A stretch of 64,000 nucleotides of DNA from an uncultured Planctomycetia bacterium (GTDB lineage: Bacteria > Omnitrophota > Gorgyraeia > Taenaricolales > CAZCCH01). The DNA lies in the NCBI GenBank assembly GCA_964497315.1, contig CAZCCH010000004.1:18307-82306 (forward strand), read 5' to 3'. The stretch's first letter is position 1. Each line of letters opens with the position of its first letter. Position numbers and translations under genes: made by a program. Shown here in pieces: positions 20,193-29,311 of the stretch. The notes under the pieces were generated by a model that worked only from the letters and a program-made list of their open reading frames with translations, searched no databases and had not been told where the DNA came from.

Positions 20193-20228
20193 AACTGTTT
20201 TTCGTTGTTCATATTAAAAACTTAGCTG

Positions 20229-21668
20229 TCAATTAAGCGTAGCCTTTCTGGAATTCAATTTATTAACTATGGACCTTAAATTCTTTCGATAATAAAAGTT
20301 ACACATTGATATGGGGTGATGTTGTATATGATATTTTTTAAAATTTCCCTTATTTAAAGGTCCAACGATCTCTTTTTGGATTTCGTGGGTTAATTCAATA
20401 AACCTATCTGAAGAAATCTTGGTAAAGTTTTGTGTACAATCCGTACAATCATTCCATTCGATTTTATAACCTCTATTCAAGAGTTCTTTATAGGCACATG
20501 TTCCAGGCAAAGGCCAAAACTGGTTGAAATGAGCAAAATACGGCCTTATAGATTTAATAAAATTTGCAGACAGCATAAAATCTTCTTCTGTTTGGTCAAC
20601 ATAACCCTTGATCATATTTGCCCTAAAATTTAAACCTACGTCATGGGCCGCCTTTGCTGCTTCGCAATACCTTTCTACATTAATGTTCTTATTCATCCTA
20701 TTTAGTTCTTGTTGTGAACCTGATTCAAAACCGCATTCAACTAATACACAACCCGCGCTTTTCATTAATTTCAAAATTTTTGCTTTTGCCGCAACAGCTG
20801 TAAGCTGACAAATCCATTTGATCTTTTTATGCAAACCTTTTTTCTTAATCATTTCGCATATAGTCTCTGTTCTTTCCACATTGCTCAAAAACATATCGTC
20901 AGCAAAATAAATATAATCAACTTTGTAAGAGCAGATAATTTTTTCCATCTCTTCTAAGACATAATGTGGAGAATGATATCGCACCTTTCCTGGGAACATT
21001 AATGGGCCTGCACAATAATGGCACCTCCTAACACAACCGCGAGAAGAAAATATTGTTGTATGCTTACCTAGGAGATGTCGTTCTTCAACAGGTTTCAAAT
21101 AAAAGTTCATATTCAATAAACTTCTATCTGGAATAGGAATCTTATCTAAATTTTGTATCATTTCCCTTTTGCCAACAGTGTAGAAATCTTCACCCTTCCT
21201 GCTCCATACTCCAGGCATATCAAAAGAGGGAAGGTTATTGACTATATCTAACATGGTCATCTCTCCTTCCCCATCAACTACTAAGTCTATGTCTGGACAG
21301 CACATCAATGTCTCTTTTGGCTCAGCAGTAGGATGTGGTCCTCCTACAATATTAATAACATTAGGGTGAACTCGTTTAATCTTTTTAGAAAAATGTATAA
21401 CATCATACATAAGAGGTGTAGTAGCACTAAAACCGACAAGTTGAGGCTTAAATGATTTTATTCTTTCTAAAAGCTCTTGGTCTGTTGCGGCCAAGTCGTA
21501 ATTGTTCTTAATCAATAATTCATTCCTATCAGCTATCTTTACCTTATGTCCGTTATTTTGCAAGACTGTGGCAATATAAACTAATCCAAGTGGTGGAAAT
21601 GGGTGGTAACCATGAGAGAATTTATCTATTTTTTGAAGGACCAAAGGGTAAATAAAGAAAACGTTCAT
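20229..21668 (-). CDS. B12-binding-domain radical SAM enzyme (class B).
   Basis: The product is 479 aa. An N-terminal cobalamin-binding Rossmann region (PLGLVYIATVLQNNGHKVKIAD) is followed by the CxxxCxxC cluster motif SRGCVRRCHYC. Confidence 0.8.
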   Translation of the reverse strand: MNVFFIYPLVLQKIDKFSHGYHPFPPLGLVYIATVLQNNGHKVKIADRNELLIKNNYDLAATDQELLERIKSFKPQLVGFSATTPLMYDVIHFSKKIKRVHPNVINIVGGPHPTAEPKETLMCCPDIDLVVDGEGEMTMLDIVNNLPSFDMPGVWSRKGEDFYTVGKREMIQNLDKIPIPDRSLLNMNFYLKPVEERHLLGKHTTIFSSRGCVRRCHYCAGPLMFPGKVRYHSPHYVLEEMEKIICSYKVDYIYFADDMFLSNVERTETICEMIKKKGLHKKIKWICQLTAVAAKAKILKLMKSAGCVLVECGFESGSQQELNRMNKNINVERYCEAAKAAHDVGLNFRANMIKGYVDQTEEDFMLSANFIKSIRPYFAHFNQFWPLPGTCAYKELLNRGYKIEWNDCTDCTQNFTKISSDRFIELTHEIQKEIVGPLNKGNFKKYHIQHHPISMCNFYYRKNLRSIVNKLNSRKATLN

Positions 21669-21687
21669 TATAAATAACTTCCTATAT

Positions 21688-22794
21688 TTAGACTATAACC
21701 TCAGCTTTATGAATAAGCTTAAGTTTTTTAAAAATCTCTGCAGAATTTTTATCGTTTGTTATTATTGAATCATACTTTTTTCGCTTTTTTAGCACTCTCC
21801 AAATACACCTTAAAATGAAAAAATTATCAGGTAAAATGAATACCTTAATTCTAAAATGATCGCATAGTTTAATTTCTTTCGCTATATTCTTTTTAAAATA
21901 GACAAAAACACTTGAGGCCTTGTTGGCTTCCTGTCTTGTCTGCTTTTTAAGATTTTGCAAATATGAAGTATCTCTAGATGAAACTATATACACTAGGCGT
22001 TTCGGCTTATCCCATTTTTTATAAAACACTTCTGCATTTTTTGTGAAGATTCTTTTCGCATCGGTTGAGTCTGACCAAGAAGCACCTCCTATGTGCCATA
22101 CGTATGCCCTTTCTGCCATAACGCATCTATAGCCAATGGCCTGAATTCTCCTGCAAAAATCTACTTCTTCAAAATACCCCATGCCAAAGGTTTCATCAAG
22201 ATATCCAATTCTTTCTATTAGCTGACGCTTTATCAGCATGCAAAAGCCTTCACCGCTGTGAATCTCAATCGAGCGGCTATAAGAAGATTTTATTCTTTTT
22301 GCATATTCATCAATTGTTTCATTTGTTCTGGGATTTTTGCTAAAGGTATTACTAGCAGGTGTAACTACGCCTATTGACTCATCGCTTTCTGCGACAGCGA
22401 TTATTTCGCTTAACCAACCATCTGTGACTAATATATCATTATTTAAAAGACAAACATAATCGGCACTAGATTGCTTCATTCCTATATTCATACCTTTAGG
22501 ATATCCCTCATTGGCTTTATTAAATAAAACCGTAATACTTATCAAGTCATTGCCCTTTAGGTTTCTTAAATACCCCATAAAGTCTTCATTCTTGCTGCCA
22601 TTGTCAACAATTATAAGCCTGGTGGGTACGTGCGTATGTTTCAATATGCTCTCAATGCAAGGCTTGGTAAGCTTTAAGTATTCCCATGTTAAAAGAATTA
22701 AATCACAGCTTTTCGTCATTTTTACAAATTTCCCAATATTTTGCCCATCTTGAAAAATCAACCCAGGAAAAAAGAACTGCAAAAATAAACCCAT
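21688..22794 (-). CDS. GT2 glycosyltransferase, paralogue of the N-terminal module of 29308..31422.
   Basis: The segment CDLILLTWEYLKLTKPCIESILKHT..RLIIVDNGS has a DxD-type core. Its C-terminal FFILRCIWRVLKKRKKYD segment is colinear with the 29308 protein. The real start is probably the internal Met near 22719, because the upstream part overlaps the preceding gene. Confidence 0.7.
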   Translation of the reverse strand: MGLFLQFFFPGLIFQDGQNIGKFVKMTKSCDLILLTWEYLKLTKPCIESILKHTHVPTRLIIVDNGSKNEDFMGYLRNLKGNDLISITVLFNKANEGYPKGMNIGMKQSSADYVCLLNNDILVTDGWLSEIIAVAESDESIGVVTPASNTFSKNPRTNETIDEYAKRIKSSYSRSIEIHSGEGFCMLIKRQLIERIGYLDETFGMGYFEEVDFCRRIQAIGYRCVMAERAYVWHIGGASWSDSTDAKRIFTKNAEVFYKKWDKPKRLVYIVSSRDTSYLQNLKKQTRQEANKASSVFVYFKKNIAKEIKLCDHFRIKVFILPDNFFILRCIWRVLKKRKKYDSIITNDKNSAEIFKKLKLIHKAEVIV

Positions 22795-24280
22795 GCATAC
22801 CTTCTAGAAAACCTTTCTTTTTGATGTATAGCTTACGAAATATTTTTAAAGGTCTAAAAATTAATTTTTTACGCAACTTTTTATCTAGCATGCTTCCTTT
22901 TTGTTCATACATCTCAATGGCTTCATAGGTGGTATAACGATTGTGCCTGGCTATAAAGGTTTCTATATCCTTAAAAGGGTAATGCTCTATTTCTTCTTCT
23001 AGGGTTCCTATTTTGCCATTTACAATAAGTTCATGGTGCACTCTCCCTTTATATCTGGCAAATCCCTTTTTGAAAAAATGCAAAGAATAATGATACCACC
23101 CTCCGTATTTCATTGGACGTCCTAAAAAGAAATTTTTGCGTCTAAATTTATAGGCTACGAACTCCGTAGGACAGCTTAAAACTTCCATAACCTTCTTTTT
23201 AAAGGCCTCTGTGACTATTTCATCTGCGTCTAGCTGCACTATCCAATCTCCACTAGAGTTATCAATGCCTATATTTCTTTCCAGTCCAAAATCGCCCTCA
23301 AATTCATGCTGGATAACCTTGGCACCATATTCATTGCAGATATCAACTGTCTTATCAGTACTCATGCCGTCAACTACTACAATTTCATCTACCCATTTAA
23401 TAGACTCAAGGCAATTTCTGATTTTTTCTTCTTCATTTTTGACTATTAAAACTGCTGTAATTGCCTGCCTTTCATTATTCTGCATAGTGCTTCCTGCTTG
23501 TGTTTTTTGAACCATGGGTTGATTTTTATCTAATAGCATTTCCCACAATTTAGCAAAGGTTAAGATTTGATAAAATCCTGCAAACACAGCAAGGATAAAT
23601 CCCCAAGAACCATCCTTGTAACCTTTTTTTCCAACAAGACTGCGCCAGAATCTATCAATGGTCCTGCGTAGAGATCTACTAAAACCCATTTTTTTTTCTG
23701 CCCTGGCTTGCTTCTGCGCTTCTCTTGTTGTTTGATTATTGAGTTTGATTAAAAAATCTTCAATATCCCTGTAAGAGCAATGAATTATATCACTTTTTAA
23801 ATTGCCACATTCGCCTCCCATAAAGGCCCTCGGATGGACTTCTACCTCTTCATATCTGAATTCACTTTTTTTAAACAACTTAAGTTGTGCACTGGGGTAC
23901 CATCCGCCATATCTAACCCAATAATTACCAATGTAGTTTCTTCGCGCGATGTTATATCCATTCGCCGTTGGTGCAGTCTTTAATAAAGCTTCTATTTCAT
24001 CCATGAGTTCTGGCGTAGCCCGTTCATCAGCATCAAGGCTCAAAATCCATTCATTGTCTGCTAGTGAGTATGCGTAGTTTCTATGCTTGCCTTCTATGTC
24101 CATCTTGCGCTGATATACCTTAGCGCCAAGACTGCGGGCAATCTCTACTGTATCATCCTGGCTAAAATCATCCAGGACTACTACTTCATTCGCCCTTTTG
24201 ACAGATTCCAAGCATTCTTTAATTCTGTCTTTCTCATTCTTCGTGATTATTACAATTGATATTGGAATGTTTTCTTTCAT
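22703..24280 (-). CDS. Tandem double-GT2 glycosyltransferase (two GT-A domains in one polypeptide).
   Basis: The product is 525 aa. Two repeats of the GT2 opening are present: ISIVIITKNEKDRIKECLESV..DDFSQDDT and ITAVLIVKNEEEKIRNCLESI..VDGMSTDKT. Each is followed by LDADE or DADE catalytic motifs. Confidence 0.8.
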   Translation of the reverse strand: MKENIPISIVIITKNEKDRIKECLESVKRANEVVVLDDFSQDDTVEIARSLGAKVYQRKMDIEGKHRNYAYSLADNEWILSLDADERATPELMDEIEALLKTAPTANGYNIARRNYIGNYWVRYGGWYPSAQLKLFKKSEFRYEEVEVHPRAFMGGECGNLKSDIIHCSYRDIEDFLIKLNNQTTREAQKQARAEKKMGFSRSLRRTIDRFWRSLVGKKGYKDGSWGFILAVFAGFYQILTFAKLWEMLLDKNQPMVQKTQAGSTMQNNERQAITAVLIVKNEEEKIRNCLESIKWVDEIVVVDGMSTDKTVDICNEYGAKVIQHEFEGDFGLERNIGIDNSSGDWIVQLDADEIVTEAFKKKVMEVLSCPTEFVAYKFRRKNFFLGRPMKYGGWYHYSLHFFKKGFARYKGRVHHELIVNGKIGTLEEEIEHYPFKDIETFIARHNRYTTYEAIEMYEQKGSMLDKKLRKKLIFRPLKIFRKLYIKKKGFLEGMHGFIFAVLFSWVDFSRWAKYWEICKNDEKL

Positions 24281-25779
24281 TTCCTTCTATATATAATTAC
24301 CTTGTGAGGCCAATTCGCTACAGTCTTAAATTTATGATATCCTGGATCAGGCCGGTTCTCGAATCTTATATCAGGAACCGGCAGGTGTATTTTTTCATAT
24401 AAAGACTCTATTCTTTTCTGGTACCTACTACCAATAAATTCCTGAGGTTGCCAATCCCTGCGATAGACTATCCATTCCGGATAGGTTTCAGCCATAAAGG
24501 GTCCATTATCGACCTTCAAGTCAGTGTAGAATATCGCAGCGAAATCTCCATAATTCATTTTAACTGTATCGGCAGGATCAGCCTCTTTCTTTAAATATTC
24601 CACTATACCTTCGGCTGGACCATCATAGTCGTGATTTACCTCCCAGAGGTAATCATATAAATGCAACTTTGTTTGTTTTGCAAATGGTGCTCCGGTATGA
24701 AATATATTTGTAAAACCCACAAGTATAAACAAGCTAAATGCTAAGAGGCTCGATTGCTTTTGCCATCCGGCTAAGACAAGTGCCATTAACATAAAACATA
24801 ACGGTACTAAGTGGATTATATATCGCAACTGCCTTTCATCCGCTAATAATAGAAAAAAGATAGTAGAAATGATAACTATGATGGGTAACCATAAAGACGA
24901 TTTATCCAAAGGATCCTCTAAAACCGGAAACCGCCTCCTAATCCGAAAATACACTAAAGAAATAAATACAAATAGCAACGGGAATATATACTTGTTCAAA
25001 ACTCTGACATAGAATTCCAGGTGATCCTCTGTGCGCTCCAAAGAAAACTGCCCGCTATATTCGAAGCTACCTAAGTAAAGCAAGGAAGGTGCAGTCAATA
25101 TAAACACTGCAAACAATATAATTGATATTATTCTTAGCTTAAGTACATTTCTATGGAATAAAATATAATGAACGAAAATCGCACTCAAAACAGGAAAAAA
25201 TATCCCATAATTGCTATGAAATAAACACGCAGCAGAAATTATAAATCCGAAAGCAGGGGCAATTTTTCTATTCCGCAATAAGTCCAAATAGGATAAAACT
25301 AGCCATAGTGTAAAAAATATAGTCAGGGCATACCAGCGACACTGCCGTACATACAAAAGGAAGGGAACGAAAAATACCATTAAAGCAACACTAACGCGGG
25401 ATACAAATCTGTTTTTAAAAAGTCTATTAGCTAAAAGAAAACACATAGGCACACAACCAAGACCAAACAGCACAAAAACTAATCTGGCGGTAAATGTAGA
25501 TTCCCCGAATAACCAAAAGATACCTGCTACAAGATAGAATTGAAGCCAAGCAGCGTATTTCCAACCTTTATTTACACATGGATCTTCATATATATTCCTA
25601 ACTAAATTTTTACCATCATATGCCTGTGGAATTCCGAACTTGAGAGTATTTCTAGCCAAAACCGCCGTCTCTGCCTCATCCTGCCAAAGATATACATTGC
25701 CTAAATTGGTAAATAAAAGTACTCCTGCCAATAGACAAAGTAAAACCAATATTAAGTCTCTTCTGCCATGCTCCATCAT
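24277..25779 (-). CDS. ArnT/PMT-like GT-C glycosyltransferase (polyprenyl-phosphate-sugar dependent; GT83/GT39-like).
   Basis: The product is 500 aa and polytopic. The first periplasmic loop reads LWQDEAETAVLARN (compared with ArnT LWQPDETRYAEISREM), followed by the WLFGESTF segment. Confidence 0.7.
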   Translation of the reverse strand: MMEHGRRDLILVLLCLLAGVLLFTNLGNVYLWQDEAETAVLARNTLKFGIPQAYDGKNLVRNIYEDPCVNKGWKYAAWLQFYLVAGIFWLFGESTFTARLVFVLFGLGCVPMCFLLANRLFKNRFVSRVSVALMVFFVPFLLYVRQCRWYALTIFFTLWLVLSYLDLLRNRKIAPAFGFIISAACLFHSNYGIFFPVLSAIFVHYILFHRNVLKLRIISIILFAVFILTAPSLLYLGSFEYSGQFSLERTEDHLEFYVRVLNKYIFPLLFVFISLVYFRIRRRFPVLEDPLDKSSLWLPIIVIISTIFFLLLADERQLRYIIHLVPLCFMLMALVLAGWQKQSSLLAFSLFILVGFTNIFHTGAPFAKQTKLHLYDYLWEVNHDYDGPAEGIVEYLKKEADPADTVKMNYGDFAAIFYTDLKVDNGPFMAETYPEWIVYRRDWQPQEFIGSRYQKRIESLYEKIHLPVPDIRFENRPDPGYHKFKTVANWPHKVIIYRRK

Positions 25780-26468
25780 GATGTAAACCTCAAGATTATC
25801 AATTCTACAATCGTAATTATTACATTCAGCGGTAAATCTCCCTTTGCGATTCCCGCTTTCCTAGGAAGATAATCCACCTCTACTTCTTTAAAGTTACAGC
25901 CATTGCGTTTTGCCTTAAATATGACCTCAGCATCCACGCATATACCTCTTGATGTAATTTCCATATTTTTAAATACATCTTTTTTGAAAAGTTTTACCCA
26001 GTTTACATCTTTTAAAGTAATACCAAATAGAAAAAACATTGCCAACCTAAAAACTTTGGTTTTTATCCTTCGAAGTAAAGGATCTGTGTGTCTATATTTA
26101 CGACAGCCCACAATGACATCAAAATCTTTCCATTCTATAAATTTATCTAAATCATCTATGTTGAATTGTCCATCCGAAGGCACAAGTGTTAAATAATCGT
26201 ACCTTGCTGACAATATGCCTGATTTCTGCGCCCCGCCATAACCTATATTAAAAGGATGGTGAATTACTTTAATCATTGCATGTTCGCTAGACAGCCTTTC
26301 TGCAATTTTACGAGTTGCGTCTTTACTGCCATCATTGACTATAAGTATTTCATATTCTTTTGCTAGGGAAGGTAGCTTATTTCTAACTGCTTCAACTACA
26401 ACTTCTAATAACTCTTGTTCATTAAAGGCTGGTATAACTACTGTTAAATTCGGAAGTAGCTCTTTCAT
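25776..26468 (-). CDS. GT2 polyprenyl-phosphate glycosyltransferase, DPM1/GtrB-like, soluble catalytic domain.
   Basis: The product is 230 aa. It has LTVVIPAFNEQE...EILIVNDGSKDAT and DGQ motifs. The C-terminal TM hairpin is absent. Confidence 0.7.
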   Translation of the reverse strand: MKELLPNLTVVIPAFNEQELLEVVVEAVRNKLPSLAKEYEILIVNDGSKDATRKIAERLSSEHAMIKVIHHPFNIGYGGAQKSGILSARYDYLTLVPSDGQFNIDDLDKFIEWKDFDVIVGCRKYRHTDPLLRRIKTKVFRLAMFFLFGITLKDVNWVKLFKKDVFKNMEITSRGICVDAEVIFKAKRNGCNFKEVEVDYLPRKAGIAKGDLPLNVIITIVELIILRFTS

Positions 26469-26470
26469 AT

Positions 26471-27877
26471 CTAAATAAAATCCTCTCGCGTTTTATCTTT
26501 AGAACAAACTAAATGGCTAATTAAATAAAAACCTCCCCGCATGGATTCCAAAGGGTATCTAATGAAAAATTTGGCCCTGGAAGCTATATACTTTGGCCTG
26601 AGATAGTATTCTTTTAAAAACCTACCCTCCCATGCAGTTAATTTCTTCTCAAATTCAACATCTTTTAAACGGTTTTTGTATGGAAAAAGCGAAAAATCTA
26701 TTTTCTCTTTCATGTCATTGAAAAAGGCTGTACCAGGATATGGAACAGTTTTAAAAATGGTACAGTAGTCTAGTTTGCACTTCTTTGCCAACTTTAGTGT
26801 CTCATTGAAATCTTCTTCTGTTTCAATAGGAGCTCCAACCATAAAAAACCCTGCTACTTCTATTTTGGCCTTATTAACAAGATTTATTTTCTCAGGTATC
26901 TCTTCCACCTTGTATGACTTTTTGTAATAATCTAAAATTTTCTGCGAACCGCTTTCTATTCCTATGTACAACCGCTTACAACCTGCCTTTTTCATTGCCC
27001 CAAGCATATTCCCATCAAGGGTATTAATTCTACTTAAAGCTGCCCAATTGACCTTTAGGCCTTTTTCTAATATCAAGTCACATATCTTTATAACGCGTTC
27101 TTTTTTGACCGTGAAGGTATCATCTAGAAATCTAATGTTTCTTATTTTAAAGCGCTGGACGATTTCCTCTATTTCTGCAACTACACTTTCTGCTGAACGA
27201 AATGCAAGTCTATTTCCGTATGTCCGTACACAATACGTACAAGCATAGGGGCAACCCCTCGAAGTAAGGATTGTAGTAAATGGTTTGCCTAAAAAAAGAT
27301 CATTGTAAAGTCTATTGTCTATGAGGCTACGCTCAGGATGGGGTAATGAGTCTAAATCCTTTATTCTGCCTCTGGGTTCATTAATGGTTACATTGCCGTT
27401 ACGCTTAAATGCAATACCGTTTATATTGCCTATGTCCTCATTTTTAATTAGGCTATCGCAAAAAACTGAGAATGTCTCCTCGGGTTCATCCATTATTATA
27501 ATATCTACCTTAGATTTATTGAGTATTTCTTCAGGAAATAGGGTTGGATAATAACCTATTGCTATAAACTTTGTAGTTACAAGTTTGCCTTTTAAAAAAT
27601 CCAAAACTTCTATATCTTCACCAAATATCTCAAAGCCTGGCATAAATACTAAAAGGTCTGGCTTTGCTTCTTTTAGCCTTTCAGAAACCGCCTCAGCATT
27701 CATTCCCTGGGCGATTGCATCGATTATCTCTGTTTCTACACCCTCCTTTTTATGCGCTACTGCAGCTAAATACATCAACTCTATTGGAGGAAACAAAAAA
27801 TTTGGTGCATTATAAGAACACATGTATCTACGAATAACTTTATTTCTATTTGGTAGGTTTAAAAATGTTATTTTCAT
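26471..27877 (-). CDS. B12-binding-domain radical SAM enzyme.
   Basis: The product is 468 aa. It has an N-terminal B12-like domain and the cluster motif SRGCPYACTYC. Confidence 0.8.
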   Translation of the reverse strand: MKITFLNLPNRNKVIRRYMCSYNAPNFLFPPIELMYLAAVAHKKEGVETEIIDAIAQGMNAEAVSERLKEAKPDLLVFMPGFEIFGEDIEVLDFLKGKLVTTKFIAIGYYPTLFPEEILNKSKVDIIIMDEPEETFSVFCDSLIKNEDIGNINGIAFKRNGNVTINEPRGRIKDLDSLPHPERSLIDNRLYNDLFLGKPFTTILTSRGCPYACTYCVRTYGNRLAFRSAESVVAEIEEIVQRFKIRNIRFLDDTFTVKKERVIKICDLILEKGLKVNWAALSRINTLDGNMLGAMKKAGCKRLYIGIESGSQKILDYYKKSYKVEEIPEKINLVNKAKIEVAGFFMVGAPIETEEDFNETLKLAKKCKLDYCTIFKTVPYPGTAFFNDMKEKIDFSLFPYKNRLKDVEFEKKLTAWEGRFLKEYYLRPKYIASRAKFFIRYPLESMRGGFYLISHLVCSKDKTREDFI

Positions 27878-27889
27878 AGTGCAATCTTT

Positions 27890-29311
27890 TTAGATGCCCC
27901 CTGCTATGGCTAGAAAACCATCGAAGTAACGTTTGATATCATTCAAACTTCTAATTTGTTTAATCTGTTGAAAAATATATTTTGGCCTGAGATAAAACCT
28001 TTTATGTATAACAGAAGATATTGAGCGTAATTGTTCTTCAGTCATCCCTTTGGGTATATAAGCAATATCTGCCGAATCCGGGATGTTCAACTGGCAAAAT
28101 TGACTCCATTTTCTATGAAGAAGCGTCCCTTCTTTTGATGCAATATCAAACAATTCATTTCCAGGGTATAGCGTCACATTATAAAAATTGGCTATATCTA
28201 TAGGTAAGGATTTAGCAAATTCCAAGCTGCGGTTTATGGAATCGAGGGTATCTCCTGGCATGCCAATAACAAAAAATGCCCTCACGTTAAGCCCTGCCTT
28301 TTTTGCCTGCTTAACTGCTCTGGAGCTATCCTCTATGGTCATGCCCTTCTTCATGCTAGCTAAGATAGCTGGATCTCCTGATTCTAGGCCGAATCCTATC
28401 TGCCAGCACCCTGCTTGTTTCATAAGTCTTAAAAGTTCTTCATTCACACAGCGCACATGTGAGAGACAAGACCAGATAATATCTAATTTCTTTTTTATTA
28501 TCTGTTGGCATATAGCCATAGCTCTTTCTTTATTAACTGTGAAAGTATCATCGAAGAATTTTATCTCTTTAACACCATATTTAAACTTAAGCTCTTCTAT
28601 TTCCTCTAATACGTTTTGTACTGAACGAGCTCTAAACTTATTGCCAAATACCTTCCTATCGCAAAATGTACATCCAAAGGGACACCCCCTACTGGTCATC
28701 ATATGTGCAAAAGGCAACTTTCTATATGAAGCAGCAACAGGTTTGTAATACTTTAAGTCAGGATAGAGATGGCGTGCCGGAGGTGGTAATTTATCCAAAT
28801 TGTCTATATAACCAGCTCTTTGTGTTATTTTTATACGACCATTTTCTTTATACGCTACACCTTCTATCTTTTCTAGTTGCAGGGAATTTTCTTGTATTTG
28901 TTTTGCTAATTCCAAAAATGCATACTCGCCTTCTCCTATAATACCTATATCAAAATTAGAATTCTGCATTGCTTCTTCTGGAATAGCGGTCATGTGGGGT
29001 CCTCCTAATACCAGAAAAACCCCTGACAATGCATCTTTTATCTTTTTTGCAACTGAACAGGCATTCGGATAAGAAAGTGTTGTGGCGGTTATTCCAATAA
29101 TTTGCGGGTTAGCCTCCTTAAGCATACCAACTAACTCCTCTTCTTGTGTATTTAAAGGACGACTGTCGATTATGCTAATATCAAAACCTTCTCTTTCTAA
29201 AACTGCAGCTATATAACCCAGCCCCAAAGATGGTAAAACATTGGCTATCCTCTTAAATTTTCCAGCATATTCTGGCCTAGATAAAGGGGGGTCTATTAAG
29301 CAAATCTTCAT
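27890..29311 (-). CDS. B12-binding-domain radical SAM enzyme.
   Basis: The product is 473 aa. An N-terminal B12-like domain (LGLGYIAAVLEREGFDISIID) is followed by SRGCPFGCTFC. Confidence 0.8.
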   Translation of the reverse strand: MKICLIDPPLSRPEYAGKFKRIANVLPSLGLGYIAAVLEREGFDISIIDSRPLNTQEEELVGMLKEANPQIIGITATTLSYPNACSVAKKIKDALSGVFLVLGGPHMTAIPEEAMQNSNFDIGIIGEGEYAFLELAKQIQENSLQLEKIEGVAYKENGRIKITQRAGYIDNLDKLPPPARHLYPDLKYYKPVAASYRKLPFAHMMTSRGCPFGCTFCDRKVFGNKFRARSVQNVLEEIEELKFKYGVKEIKFFDDTFTVNKERAMAICQQIIKKKLDIIWSCLSHVRCVNEELLRLMKQAGCWQIGFGLESGDPAILASMKKGMTIEDSSRAVKQAKKAGLNVRAFFVIGMPGDTLDSINRSLEFAKSLPIDIANFYNVTLYPGNELFDIASKEGTLLHRKWSQFCQLNIPDSADIAYIPKGMTEEQLRSISSVIHKRFYLRPKYIFQQIKQIRSLNDIKRYFDGFLAIAGGI

